Of a DNA stretch of 46,850 nucleotides, positions 24,737 to 34,154 are shown piece after piece. Both the position numbers and the translations under genes were made by a program. The first letter of the stretch is position 1; each line of letters begins with the position of its first letter. This DNA comes from a virus (Duplodnaviria; Caudoviricetes). The stretch spans positions 1 to 46,850 of IMG/VR virus record IMGVR_UViG_3300031643_000002. One strand, 5' to 3'. The notes beneath the pieces were generated by a model. The model did not search any database. It was not told the DNA's origin and worked only from the letters and a program-made list of their open reading frames with translations.

Positions 24737-25404
24737 TCTATATCATCCTCATTAGCATAATCTACACGGCAGGCATAATTAGCATCTGCGTCCCGGTTAT
24801 AGAACAATACCTTTGCTTCGTCACAACCATTCGGCAACAGAATATTCCACTGGCTTACAACCTGGTAGATGTCTGCGGTGTTTTCATGCGTGGTCACTAA
24901 ATCATCAATAACAGTAATAGAGACATCGTTACTAAATGTGCCGCCCCATACCACTAATTCCGAGTTCGCTAAAGTAGCATCTTTTATAAAGAAAGTGTCA
25001 CCTATTCGTGCGGCTTCATCAAAGTTAGTTGTAGACGATAACGGTATTACTGCTTGTGCCGCCGCGGCCTGTGCGTCAACATCGATTGTGACTGCCACAG
25101 CCACATCTGCCTTATATTCTACCCATTCACGCCATCCATCGTCTGCTGCTCCATATCTGACAAACACTATGAACCCAACAGAACCGGCATCGGCAACTGC
25201 TCCTATATTCACCATAGCAACATTAAGCACAGACGACAACGTATCGGTATACGTATGCACACCTGTTTCAAGAGACATTGCGGCACTTGCAGTATCGTCG
25301 AGAAGGGTCCAGTCATACAACTCTCCCTGAGATTTGGTGATGTCAACCGCACTGGCCGATGCGCAAAGCAAAAGCACTATTAAAATTACAATTAGCTGTT
25401 TCAT
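24733..25404 (-). CDS. Acidic beta-rich virion protein with signal peptide
   Basis: MKQLIVILIVLLLCASASA|V. Confidence 0.75.
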   Translation of the reverse strand: MKQLIVILIVLLLCASASAVDITKSQGELYDWTLLDDTASAAMSLETGVHTYTDTLSSVLNVAMVNIGAVADAGSVGFIVFVRYGAADDGWREWVEYKADVAVAVTIDVDAQAAAAQAVIPLSSTTNFDEAARIGDTFFIKDATLANSELVVWGGTFSNDVSITVIDDLVTTHENTADIYQVVSQWNILLPNGCDEAKVLFYNRDADANYACRVDYANEDDIE

Positions 25405-25519
25405 TTCTTTACTCCTTGTATTTGTCCATATTTACCGGTCCGGGAATTATAATTCCCTTCTTTTTGAATTCTTGCCATAGTTTCTGGTCATCTTGCGGCC
25501 ACTTCGATCCTTTTGCGAT

Positions 25520-28500
25520 TCAATCAACATCTGATAAGAAATATCCACATATACTTATTTTGACCCATCCGGGATCGTCCGTATCATCAAAGTCTATTAA
25601 AATTAAATGGTTGGCCTCGACGGTTGCCGCTGTAATCGTAGTTTCTGTCGTATAGTACATCCCCGTACCGTCAGTAGCAATTTCAACAGCATCTATAGTT
25701 GCATTGTTCGCTCCATCTCCATCTTCTTCCTCGACATTAAGAGTAGTATCGTCCGTATCAGACCACGCCTCAATCTTCGTAACAACAAAAGACATGCCCG
25801 TTTCGTTCGACCATATAGGACAGGCATCACGAGTGGCGTCCGCTAAGTCGTTGGGTGTGATTATCGTTGCCTGAAAGGACTTTTGCTGCTGGCACATAGC
25901 TATTTGTAACGGAGTATTGCCGCCGTCTATCGAACGAAGAACAACATCGTTAGGCTCATTGGCGCCATCGGAGTCTATCGAGAACTCGCCAACGGCATCA
26001 ACATCAGGGTCGGTTCCCGCCGCCGGTATGATAGCCTCTGTATAAATAAGAGTTACATCCGCCAATTGACCTTCTAATTCATCCAGAGCATCAATCTCGG
26101 CTGTGGTATCGGCCCCTGTAATTGCTACCAAGCCGGTATAACCACTGATATCAGCCTGTAACCCACCCCATTCATGCTCAATAGTCCCGGCGTCAAAAAA
26201 GGCCGTTGCCGAATCGCCGGTAGCCGCATCTATAGATGTAAGTGAAGCGCCACCACCTGAAAACTCCGTAGCCGTCACCGTTCCGGTCGTTGCGACATCC
26301 TGATCGAATTCAAAGTCGGCATTGTCCTCATCGTAAGTCAAAACACCATCCGATGTATCACCATCAAAAGTCAGGGTGTAATCTTCATCACCGTTATCCC
26401 CTATAACAACTCCAAGTCCTACAGGATTGATTATAATATTACCCGCCGAGTTAGTTAAAACCGCATCCGTATCATCATTGTAAAGTTCAATATACTTATC
26501 GTCACCATCGGACTGTACCCTCAAGATGCCCTTCTCGCCAGCGTCCTTGCCTTGTATGTTTACAATAGCATCAGTATCTTCGCTATTTCTTAAATTCAAA
26601 GCGCCGTCTGACCAAACAATATCTATATCTGTGCCCCCAAAATTAAAATAGGCCGAATCGCTATTATCAGCAAAGTTAATCTTATAAAGAGCGGTATTGC
26701 TTATAACGCCTCCGCCAGATAGAGTTATCGAACCATAACTATCAATTTTGAAAATTAAATCATTGCCACTTCCTGAATCATCATAAATAGCAATAGGTAT
26801 ATAATCCTCATCGTTATTTGTTGCCGTAGTAATTTCAAGGGCTATGACATCTGTTACACCTGCGCCAAGTCCTGTAACATCAAGTATAAGGCCACTCTTC
26901 GGGCCACCGTCATCAGTCACACCTATATCTATCGTCTGTGTATAAGTAGTGAAGTCAACCGTCGCAGCAGCATCAGGATCGCCTATATCGTCCCATGCCG
27001 TGGCCCCACCACTGTCGGCATCCGGCGCCCACGTGAAATTAGTCGCCGCGTGATTGTAAGTCAAAACATAGTTATCTTCCCCTTCGCCGGGTGCGTTGGT
27101 GACGTTAAGATGTTCTTCATCTATTGATCCCGCGGCGTAATCAGCGGAATCAATAGCATCATCTTTAATATCCGCACTTACTACCGTACTGTCCGCCAAT
27201 TCACCTTCAGCGATATTACCCCATGTTACCTCTCCGCCTGCCGCAAGGTCAGTTAAGTTGGCCCAGTCCAACTCGGCATCGCCGACAGAATCGTTGGGAA
27301 GAACGATTTCAGCATTACCCGTACCGTCTGTTGTGAAAGTGATAGTATCTGTAGTAGCATCACCAACCACCAAGGGAATATTACCTGTATTTATATTCCC
27401 ACCGCTAACCGTAATATCTAATGCAAATGTCCAGTCCGTTGCGGAACTTGTGATTGTATTACTCTGGTCGTTCTGGCCGTAGATAATCGAGCCGTCAGCA
27501 AGGTATATATCGCTGAATTCCAAATCGGCAGTACCAATATCCGCACCATCTGCAGCGTCCGGCGCGAATAGATTGGCCGATATAGTACCACTACCATCCA
27601 CACCCACTACGGCGGTAAGTGAGCCCGCATTTATAGACATTGTGCCATCGGTTAGAGTAGCTCCCTGTACCGAGCCAGTAGAAACAGTATCGCCGTCTTG
27701 CTGGATTGAAAAGACTACTCCGCCGGCATCTTCGCATTTGAAATAGTCGGCGTTGGCCTGATTGTCGTCTACGCTGTAGAGTAAATGTAAGAGATATGTA
27801 TTCGCAGCTAAATCAGCATCTGAATCGTTAATTGTAAAAAACGACCCCGCGCTATCCTCGGCGACAGTCCACGTAACCGTCTCATCATCGTCAAAGTCAA
27901 TTGTGGTTGCAGCGTCCGGGTCGCCTATATCATCATAAGCCGTATTGCCGCCAGTAGCATCTACTACCCACGTAAATCCACCGGTTCCGGCATCATAAGA
28001 CAGAATATAATTATCAGTTGGGCCAGCAGTACAATCAAGAGCCGCTTCCTGAATTGTATCGTCTTTAATATCGGCATCGACAATAACGGCGTCAGCAATT
28101 TCGCCCTCGGCTATATTGCCCCAGACTACAACACCACCGTCACCCAAGTCTGTGAAATCAGCGAAGTTTATATGGGCGTTATCAATCGAATCGTCGTTGT
28201 AGTGTTCCGAATCAATACCGTTATCAGCTATTTTGGTCTCATCAATAATATCAGCAGCTAAATGTTCTGCATCAATAGAGCCCCCTGCGTAGTCGTCCGA
28301 GTCTATCGTATCATCTTTAATATCTGCACTTACCACAGTCGAATCAGCCAACTCGCCCTCGGCGATGTTCCCCCATGTTACCGCACCACCTTCGCCTAAG
28401 TCCGTAAATGCACCCCAGTCAAGACTATCAACGTCTATGGTATTGTCGGCTATCATCTCGCCGTCGAGTAAGTCCGAACCATTATCAATCTGGTTTGCTC

Positions 28501-28993
28501 CCAACGAAAACGCAGTAGTGGTAGCAACGGTCAGCCCCGCCTGGGCTTCCAAAAGACCTGTAACGTCCAATCCCCCCGTTAGAGTCCCTACGGCCTCGCC
28601 TGAGTTACAAACTAAGGTTATGTTGAAGTTATCCCCATCCTCATATATCGTCAGCGTACCGGCGTCGTAGAGGCTCAAATCGCCCGCTACTGACGTGGCC
28701 GTGCCTATAGTAGCGGCCCCGATGATATTCACGGCATGGCTAAAGGTCATAAGCCCGTTACCGGCAGTCATTGTATGGTTCGTCCCGGAAACGTCGAATG
28801 TCCATATATTCGATGCGTTGGCGTTATCGCTCCAGGTTACGGCGTCTAGTTCCGTTGGGTCAAAGGCGATAGTAAAGTCAGTTCCGGCCCCGGCACTGGA
28901 TAAATCAATAGCAAGCCCTTCGGTTCCCGTCAAATCCGCCTGAGCCATAAGAGGAAATATTAGTAAAATTAGTACAATCAATATCTTTTTCAT
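25520..28993 (-). CDS. Very acidic tail fibre-like protein with signal peptide
   Basis: MKKILIVLILLIFPLMAQA|D; repeats WGNIAEGE(L/I)AD x3, IADxxID, (Y/W)DDIGDPDA x2. Confidence 0.8.
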   Translation of the reverse strand: MKKILIVLILLIFPLMAQADLTGTEGLAIDLSSAGAGTDFTIAFDPTELDAVTWSDNANASNIWTFDVSGTNHTMTAGNGLMTFSHAVNIIGAATIGTATSVAGDLSLYDAGTLTIYEDGDNFNITLVCNSGEAVGTLTGGLDVTGLLEAQAGLTVATTTAFSLGANQIDNGSDLLDGEMIADNTIDVDSLDWGAFTDLGEGGAVTWGNIAEGELADSTVVSADIKDDTIDSDDYAGGSIDAEHLAADIIDETKIADNGIDSEHYNDDSIDNAHINFADFTDLGDGGVVVWGNIAEGEIADAVIVDADIKDDTIQEAALDCTAGPTDNYILSYDAGTGGFTWVVDATGGNTAYDDIGDPDAATTIDFDDDETVTWTVAEDSAGSFFTINDSDADLAANTYLLHLLYSVDDNQANADYFKCEDAGGVVFSIQQDGDTVSTGSVQGATLTDGTMSINAGSLTAVVGVDGSGTISANLFAPDAADGADIGTADLEFSDIYLADGSIIYGQNDQSNTITSSATDWTFALDITVSGGNINTGNIPLVVGDATTDTITFTTDGTGNAEIVLPNDSVGDAELDWANLTDLAAGGEVTWGNIAEGELADSTVVSADIKDDAIDSADYAAGSIDEEHLNVTNAPGEGEDNYVLTYNHAATNFTWAPDADSGGATAWDDIGDPDAAATVDFTTYTQTIDIGVTDDGGPKSGLILDVTGLGAGVTDVIALEITTATNNDEDYIPIAIYDDSGSGNDLIFKIDSYGSITLSGGGVISNTALYKINFADNSDSAYFNFGGTDIDIVWSDGALNLRNSEDTDAIVNIQGKDAGEKGILRVQSDGDDKYIELYNDDTDAVLTNSAGNIIINPVGLGVVIGDNGDEDYTLTFDGDTSDGVLTYDEDNADFEFDQDVATTGTVTATEFSGGGASLTSIDAATGDSATAFFDAGTIEHEWGGLQADISGYTGLVAITGADTTAEIDALDELEGQLADVTLIYTEAIIPAAGTDPDVDAVGEFSIDSDGANEPNDVVLRSIDGGNTPLQIAMCQQQKSFQATIITPNDLADATRDACPIWSNETGMSFVVTKIEAWSDTDDTTLNVEEEDGDGANNATIDAVEIATDGTGMYYTTETTITAATVEANHLILIDFDDTDDPGWVKISICGYFLSDVD

Positions 28994-29003
28994 TATCTTT
29001 GTC

Positions 29004-29735
29004 CTATGGATACACGACATCTTCACCTGCATAAATCACATCCTCGCCAGCATAAATCACTTGTTCCTGCCCCCATGCCGATAACGCCGCCCGCTTCCAC
29101 TTATTTGTATCGACTGCAACATAGATATAACTCGAATCCCACGCAATATCGCCCTTCGTTCCCGGTGCGGTGGAGCCTACTGGTGTCTGTGACGTGGCGA
29201 TATTGATTTCATTGCCGGACAATGTGATCGTAACGAAAGTCGAGTCTGTGGCAACGATGGAGTCAGTTGTTACCGTACCGGCCGTTACCGTACCGGCCGT
29301 TACCGTACCGGCAGTCGTAACATTTCCAGCGGTTAGAGTTCCTGAAATCGTAATGTCCGTAGAAGTGAAAGTAAAGTTATCTTCCGTCCACGTTGCTATT
29401 TCCGTCCACGTACCATCTATCTTTTTCTGGATCTCAAAAGTGTCTTCATCAACGGCTATCATTCGCCATGTACCATCTGCGTAATCTCCATCGGCATCCG
29501 GGGACGCGAAATATCTCGTAGAAGGATTGTTTAAGTCTATACCGTGATTAACGGCGTCCCTGATTTTATCTAATATAACTTCCAACTCGTTTACTAAAGC
29601 CCTTATATAAAGATTGGTTTCGTTCGGATCGTTGCTGAGAATGTTTTGCTCCCAATAAGGCAAAGAGACTTCATCCACCTTGTCTATCGAACCAAGTGCT
29701 ATCCCACAGAACAAAAGTATGAATATAATTCTCAT
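29004..29735 (-). CDS. Tail fibre/adaptor-like protein with signal peptide
   Basis: MRIIFILLFCGIALG|S; GDIAWDSSYIYVAVDTNKWKRAALSAW fibre motif; TVTAG repeats. Confidence 0.75.
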   Translation of the reverse strand: MRIIFILLFCGIALGSIDKVDEVSLPYWEQNILSNDPNETNLYIRALVNELEVILDKIRDAVNHGIDLNNPSTRYFASPDADGDYADGTWRMIAVDEDTFEIQKKIDGTWTEIATWTEDNFTFTSTDITISGTLTAGNVTTAGTVTAGTVTAGTVTTDSIVATDSTFVTITLSGNEINIATSQTPVGSTAPGTKGDIAWDSSYIYVAVDTNKWKRAALSAWGQEQVIYAGEDVIYAGEDVVYP

Positions 29736-31828
29736 AAGTTCAATTCAGGCCCCGGAGTAAAGAACGGCATTATCGCATGTATTCGAGGCCGGTTATTTCT
29801 CTCATCGTGACTTATCTTTATCCGGTGGAAATCACCTGCCTCTCCGTTCGTATGTAAAGTCGTCCAGAACTTATCGCAATCGTCGTCGTCGGAATCGCAG
29901 GATAAAGTCCGGGTATCCCATGCCGTCGAAGTCGTATTTTTATAGAAAGATACTGTAGCCGAAGCATTCTCATCGTTATCTACGAGAAAAGCTATCTTGC
30001 CCAGACGTGCCTGCTTGTTTTGTTTGATATATGGATTCCATCGAGACGATTGAATATCAATATCTATCGTCCCCGCGGCGGTGTCCGTGCCGTCGTAGTC
30101 ACCCGTATTCATTTTGTAAATCGTGCTTTCCCGCGTGCCCATTAGAGTAAACGGGAAAGGGTCGCCGAATATCTCGCGCGAGTCTATAGTCATTGCACTC
30201 ATTAAAGCTGCATCGGCTGAATAGACGTCGTCGGCCTCCGTCCATACCGGTACTTTCTGATTATCAAAAGTACCAAGACAGTGAACGGGATATTTATTAA
30301 CACACCACGTCTGCTCGATAATATTATAATCGAGTATCCTGTCGGGATAATCTTCGCCGGAAGATGTATAAGTGAAATATACATGCTGGTCTTCCACAAC
30401 ATTAAGGGCTGTAGAATACTTTAATTTCGTATTATCGAAATCGTCTACAATATCCCTCACTTTGGTAAGGTCGAGGTATTGAACCTTAAAACCGTCGTAA
30501 AAGATGATATTATTCAAGCCTATCACCGCTACACCGTCGCCGAACTCCACCGCCGAATAAGGTGCCTGAGAGCCTATCGTACTACTAATTTTCTCCCATC
30601 TGAGGGGCAGGTCGGTATTACCTGTCGTTCGTATCTTCCAGAGACTTCCCGTATAACGTCCCTGAAAGAACACCACGATATCTTTGCCAACCCAACCTGC
30701 GGAATAGATCCTTTCCTCTGTAGGCGCGTCAATATACCCCCCACCCGAAGCGGCAAAGTCCGTACTTAGAACCGGCGAATACCTACACCTCTGTGGCTTC
30801 CAGTCACCGAACTCCACCGTATCAAGCAAGAGCATCCTGTCGTTTTTTATGAAAATATACCTACAGGTATTGACATGATTTCTCTCATCGTCGTCGTTTA
30901 CCTGGATGTTGAAACGTGAAATATTTCCCGAACCCGTGTACTTAAAGACTTGGTCTACGTTGTTACAAAAATATGCCGTTCCAAACCAGTTGGCAAAAGT
31001 AAAATAATCATCTGTGCCGCCGGTAAAGTTTGTACCTTCTACATATACATCAAATATAGTGTAAGCAGTACCGGTTGCTCCCCAATACACGCCAGCATCA
31101 GCCGTTTCTGTGCTGTTTATAAATACCTTTACATACCTGCCATTCTTATCAGTTGAATTTATTACCACCCAATCATCTGTGTCCTGCCACGTCGTTATTT
31201 CAGTCGCTACGGCAGTATCCCAATTATCAGGATCGTTAGAGATATAAACATCTATATCTGTGGGGTCATAGTCCTTTTTTGAACGACCTCTAATTTGCGT
31301 AATGAGTTCAGATTCCCCTAAATCCAAAATAAACCAGTGAGTTGTATGAGAATCCGTCCCGAAGTGTATCCAATAATCATCCCCATCTAATGCTTTGACA
31401 AGAGTGGTTATTCCTGTATCCCCACAATGACTATAATACTCGTTACTCGATACCCCAAACCAATCACTCCCACCTGTAATATCAGCCATAGTCCCATCTA
31501 CGGGATTATACCTATTGACGTTTGTGGTATCGAAGATTAAGAGCTGAGGCATACCGCCCTTAACATAGGTGTGAATACCCATTATCGAAGTATCGGTCTG
31601 AACCGTAGTGCCATGTAACATCGTGGCAAATAACTGATAGCCCTGCCTTTTCTCCAGAACTCCTTTATTAACTCTGGCATTTATTAGTGTGGGAAAGGCA
31701 TCCTGCGGGCTTAGCCACGGCTCCATACCAATAGACTTGCCCGTAGAAAACGGGGCTATCAGGAAAGGCTCGTATTCCTGAGCTTTAACAACCGAACACA
31801 ACAATAATAATAATATGAATTTTTTCAA
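29732..31828 (-). CDS. Tail nozzle / tubular protein B-like, with inserted F5/8-type C (discoidin) domain and signal peptide
   Basis: 698 aa, beta-rich; NARVNKGVLEKRQGY; WFILDLG...GRYVKV discoidin motif; MKKFILLLLLCSVVKA|Q. Confidence 0.75.
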   Translation of the reverse strand: MKKFILLLLLCSVVKAQEYEPFLIAPFSTGKSIGMEPWLSPQDAFPTLINARVNKGVLEKRQGYQLFATMLHGTTVQTDTSIMGIHTYVKGGMPQLLIFDTTNVNRYNPVDGTMADITGGSDWFGVSSNEYYSHCGDTGITTLVKALDGDDYWIHFGTDSHTTHWFILDLGESELITQIRGRSKKDYDPTDIDVYISNDPDNWDTAVATEITTWQDTDDWVVINSTDKNGRYVKVFINSTETADAGVYWGATGTAYTIFDVYVEGTNFTGGTDDYFTFANWFGTAYFCNNVDQVFKYTGSGNISRFNIQVNDDDERNHVNTCRYIFIKNDRMLLLDTVEFGDWKPQRCRYSPVLSTDFAASGGGYIDAPTEERIYSAGWVGKDIVVFFQGRYTGSLWKIRTTGNTDLPLRWEKISSTIGSQAPYSAVEFGDGVAVIGLNNIIFYDGFKVQYLDLTKVRDIVDDFDNTKLKYSTALNVVEDQHVYFTYTSSGEDYPDRILDYNIIEQTWCVNKYPVHCLGTFDNQKVPVWTEADDVYSADAALMSAMTIDSREIFGDPFPFTLMGTRESTIYKMNTGDYDGTDTAAGTIDIDIQSSRWNPYIKQNKQARLGKIAFLVDNDENASATVSFYKNTTSTAWDTRTLSCDSDDDDCDKFWTTLHTNGEAGDFHRIKISHDERNNRPRIHAIMPFFTPGPELNL

Positions 31829-32280
31829 CTTTGTGACCCCACTACACTACCATCGGTAATCGCCGTCGGCGCCGACGTATGCACCCGAAGGTCGCCGTCG
31901 TTGTGAACGAAAAAGTAATACGGTGTGCCGTCAGACGAGTACAGGCATATATAAGCAAATTCGTTAGTGTCTTTTCTATACAAAGTCAGAATACCTTCTT
32001 CTGTGCCATCCGCACCGATATTCACCGCACCACCTGAAATTGTAGCATCTCCCGTAGCGTTAATAGTTGTATGGACGCCCGTTTGAGTAGATGCGTTAAA
32101 ATCGTGCTCGGCGCCGATAGCACTTTCGAGAACGGCCATATTGGCACGTATCTCGCCGGCGGCATCGTTCCATGCCGAATTATCGCCTGGAAGAGTCTTG
32201 TCCCACGCGCCCATGAGATACGGAAGCCACGCAATGAGAATTACGGGGATTATCCAAAGTCTTTCTTTCTGTGAATTCAT
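31825..32280 (-). CDS. Tail-associated protein with signal peptide
   Basis: Hydrophobic leader ending YLMG|AWDKTLP...EIRAN. Confidence 0.7.
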   Translation of the reverse strand: MNSQKERLWIIPVILIAWLPYLMGAWDKTLPGDNSAWNDAAGEIRANMAVLESAIGAEHDFNASTQTGVHTTINATGDATISGGAVNIGADGTEEGILTLYRKDTNEFAYICLYSSDGTPYYFFVHNDGDLRVHTSAPTAITDGSVVGSQS

Positions 32281-32284
32281 TGTC

Positions 32285-32737
32285 TTACCTCACGTAAATA
32301 TAAACATCAACAGTCATCCCGGATTCTCCTGGATCGCCACTTGGCGTTACGGTAAAAGTTAAAGTCCCACATACCAAAAAGGGATTGAAGGAAGCGTCCT
32401 GAGTTCCCTTATTGCTTAACGCCGTATAAACGGTAGTAGCGCCTTCAGCTATCGCAGCCTGTGAATATAATGTCCCCGACTGCGCCGAAGCAATTGCAAC
32501 CGTAGCCGTAGCGTCACCGTCATTGTCATTTACTTTGACCTCTATTTGTTCTACAATTCCGTTTACATTATAGAGATACGCAGTCGTAGCGGTAGTTACG
32601 TCATCGGCGAAACTCTGTTGGGCTAACTCGTACCTCGAAACCGGAAATTTCGGGCCTTCATTTCTGTGGTCGTAAGTAGCCGCCATTAACAACGGAACTA
32701 AAATCAACAACCATAAGTTATTCTTCAGAAAATTCAT
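32285..32737 (-). CDS. Beta-sandwich virion protein with signal peptide
   Basis: MNFLKNNLWLLILVPLLMA|ATYD. Confidence 0.7.
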   Translation of the reverse strand: MNFLKNNLWLLILVPLLMAATYDHRNEGPKFPVSRYELAQQSFADDVTTATTAYLYNVNGIVEQIEVKVNDNDGDATATVAIASAQSGTLYSQAAIAEGATTVYTALSNKGTQDASFNPFLVCGTLTFTVTPSGDPGESGMTVDVYIYVR

Positions 32738-32746
32738 TTTATCTCC

Positions 32747-33781
32747 TTACAGGAAACTCGGTTCTGCATATTGCGGTTGGTTTTGACGCCATAGCTTGCC
32801 GGAGATTTCGCTTTTCATTTTATCGAATTCAACTTGTAAGTTATCTGCCTGTTTATGATCCTTTTTAACCAGACGAATATATTCAATGGCCGAACCCAAT
32901 GCTATCAACGGTCCCCACGCTATATCAAGAGGCGCATCCTCGGTATCCAAGGCATCGGGCCTGATTATCTCCGGCGCTTTTATCTGCATAATCCTATCGG
33001 CTTTAGGACGAACGTACAGGTATTCGTCGTAGATAAGACATGCCTGTGGTGTTCCCCTGTTAGCGGCCTTGCCGTCTGTATAAGTATCCGTTACATCGGT
33101 GTCGCTAAGTGCCGTCGTACCCGGAACGAATCCGCCTGAATCGGTACTGATAACCGTGACATATCCCATGAAACAACTATCGCTATCGGCGGCGGGAAGA
33201 CCTTCTACCGCCTCGCCCGCCGTACTGTATCCGGTAGAATTGTCATCGGCCTCGGCAATAGTAATAGTACCGTCAGAATCTATCTTTAATGAGAATGCCC
33301 CGTATTTATTTTGAGGAACGGTATTAAGACCGGTAAACGATACTTCGCTCGAACTCTTATTGTAAGAAACCCCGTTCAATTCATAAACAAAGTCGCTATG
33401 CTTAACGGCGGTTGTATCCGATGTACCTACAACTAAAGTCGGGCTCGTAATAAATTGCTCGTCTTCGGGATATTCCCTGAAAAATCTGTCCTTATTGCGG
33501 TACATCATTATCTCGGAATTATTGACTTTCACCGGCTCGTCTATTCTAAGATCGGTCTGGGCAAGCTGATATTTGCCATCGTCGTTAACCGCCGTACTCT
33601 GCGTATACCAGTCGTGAAGCAAATCAAGCTCTACTTGCAGTGGGAACCGATTGCGATAATAGGCGTTGATACGCTTATAACCGTTTACGGCGGTCATACC
33701 GGTAGTTGACGAAATGCCTGTTATCTTCCGCCATTCGGCTAATATTTCCGTTAGCACCCATGTGTATTCCGATGCAGCCAT
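32747..33781 (-). CDS. Head-tail adaptor-like protein with inserted domain; no signal peptide
   Basis: Helical N- and C-termini; LYVRPKAD...WGPLIALGSA; position. Confidence 0.6.
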   Translation of the reverse strand: MAASEYTWVLTEILAEWRKITGISSTTGMTAVNGYKRINAYYRNRFPLQVELDLLHDWYTQSTAVNDDGKYQLAQTDLRIDEPVKVNNSEIMMYRNKDRFFREYPEDEQFITSPTLVVGTSDTTAVKHSDFVYELNGVSYNKSSSEVSFTGLNTVPQNKYGAFSLKIDSDGTITIAEADDNSTGYSTAGEAVEGLPAADSDSCFMGYVTVISTDSGGFVPGTTALSDTDVTDTYTDGKAANRGTPQACLIYDEYLYVRPKADRIMQIKAPEIIRPDALDTEDAPLDIAWGPLIALGSAIEYIRLVKKDHKQADNLQVEFDKMKSEISGKLWRQNQPQYAEPSFL

Positions 33782-33857
33782 AAAAACCTCAAGTCAGGTC
33801 GGTAAGTGGGGTCCGAAAACCCCACCCACCAACATAAGGAAAACTATAACATAGTTC

Positions 33858-34139
33858 CTATTCATTCGGGTCTATCGGCTTCGGGGGAATTAACGGCAAC
33901 GGATTAGTAGCTGGTTTCATTTTAGCCTTCATTTGGGCAAACCAAATCTGGTTCTCCGAAATCCGTCTCTTTAATTTCAATTCCTCATCAACTATTCTCA
34001 AGACCCTGATTCTCTCTTTTGCATCTACCTCGGCCTGTTCGTCTTTAGACAAATTTTTCTGGCTCTGATAGACAACAAGCCCAAGCGATACAACGAGTAC
34101 CGCTATAATCCCTGTAACTAACATAGTTTTCCAGTTCAT
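33858..34139 (-). CDS. Single-TM coiled-coil protein
   Basis: MNWKTMLVTGIIAVLVVSLGLVVY; ends IDPNE. Confidence 0.7.
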   Translation of the reverse strand: MNWKTMLVTGIIAVLVVSLGLVVYQSQKNLSKDEQAEVDAKERIRVLRIVDEELKLKRRISENQIWFAQMKAKMKPATNPLPLIPPKPIDPNE

Positions 34140-34154
34140 AGCTTTCCCTTTCAA

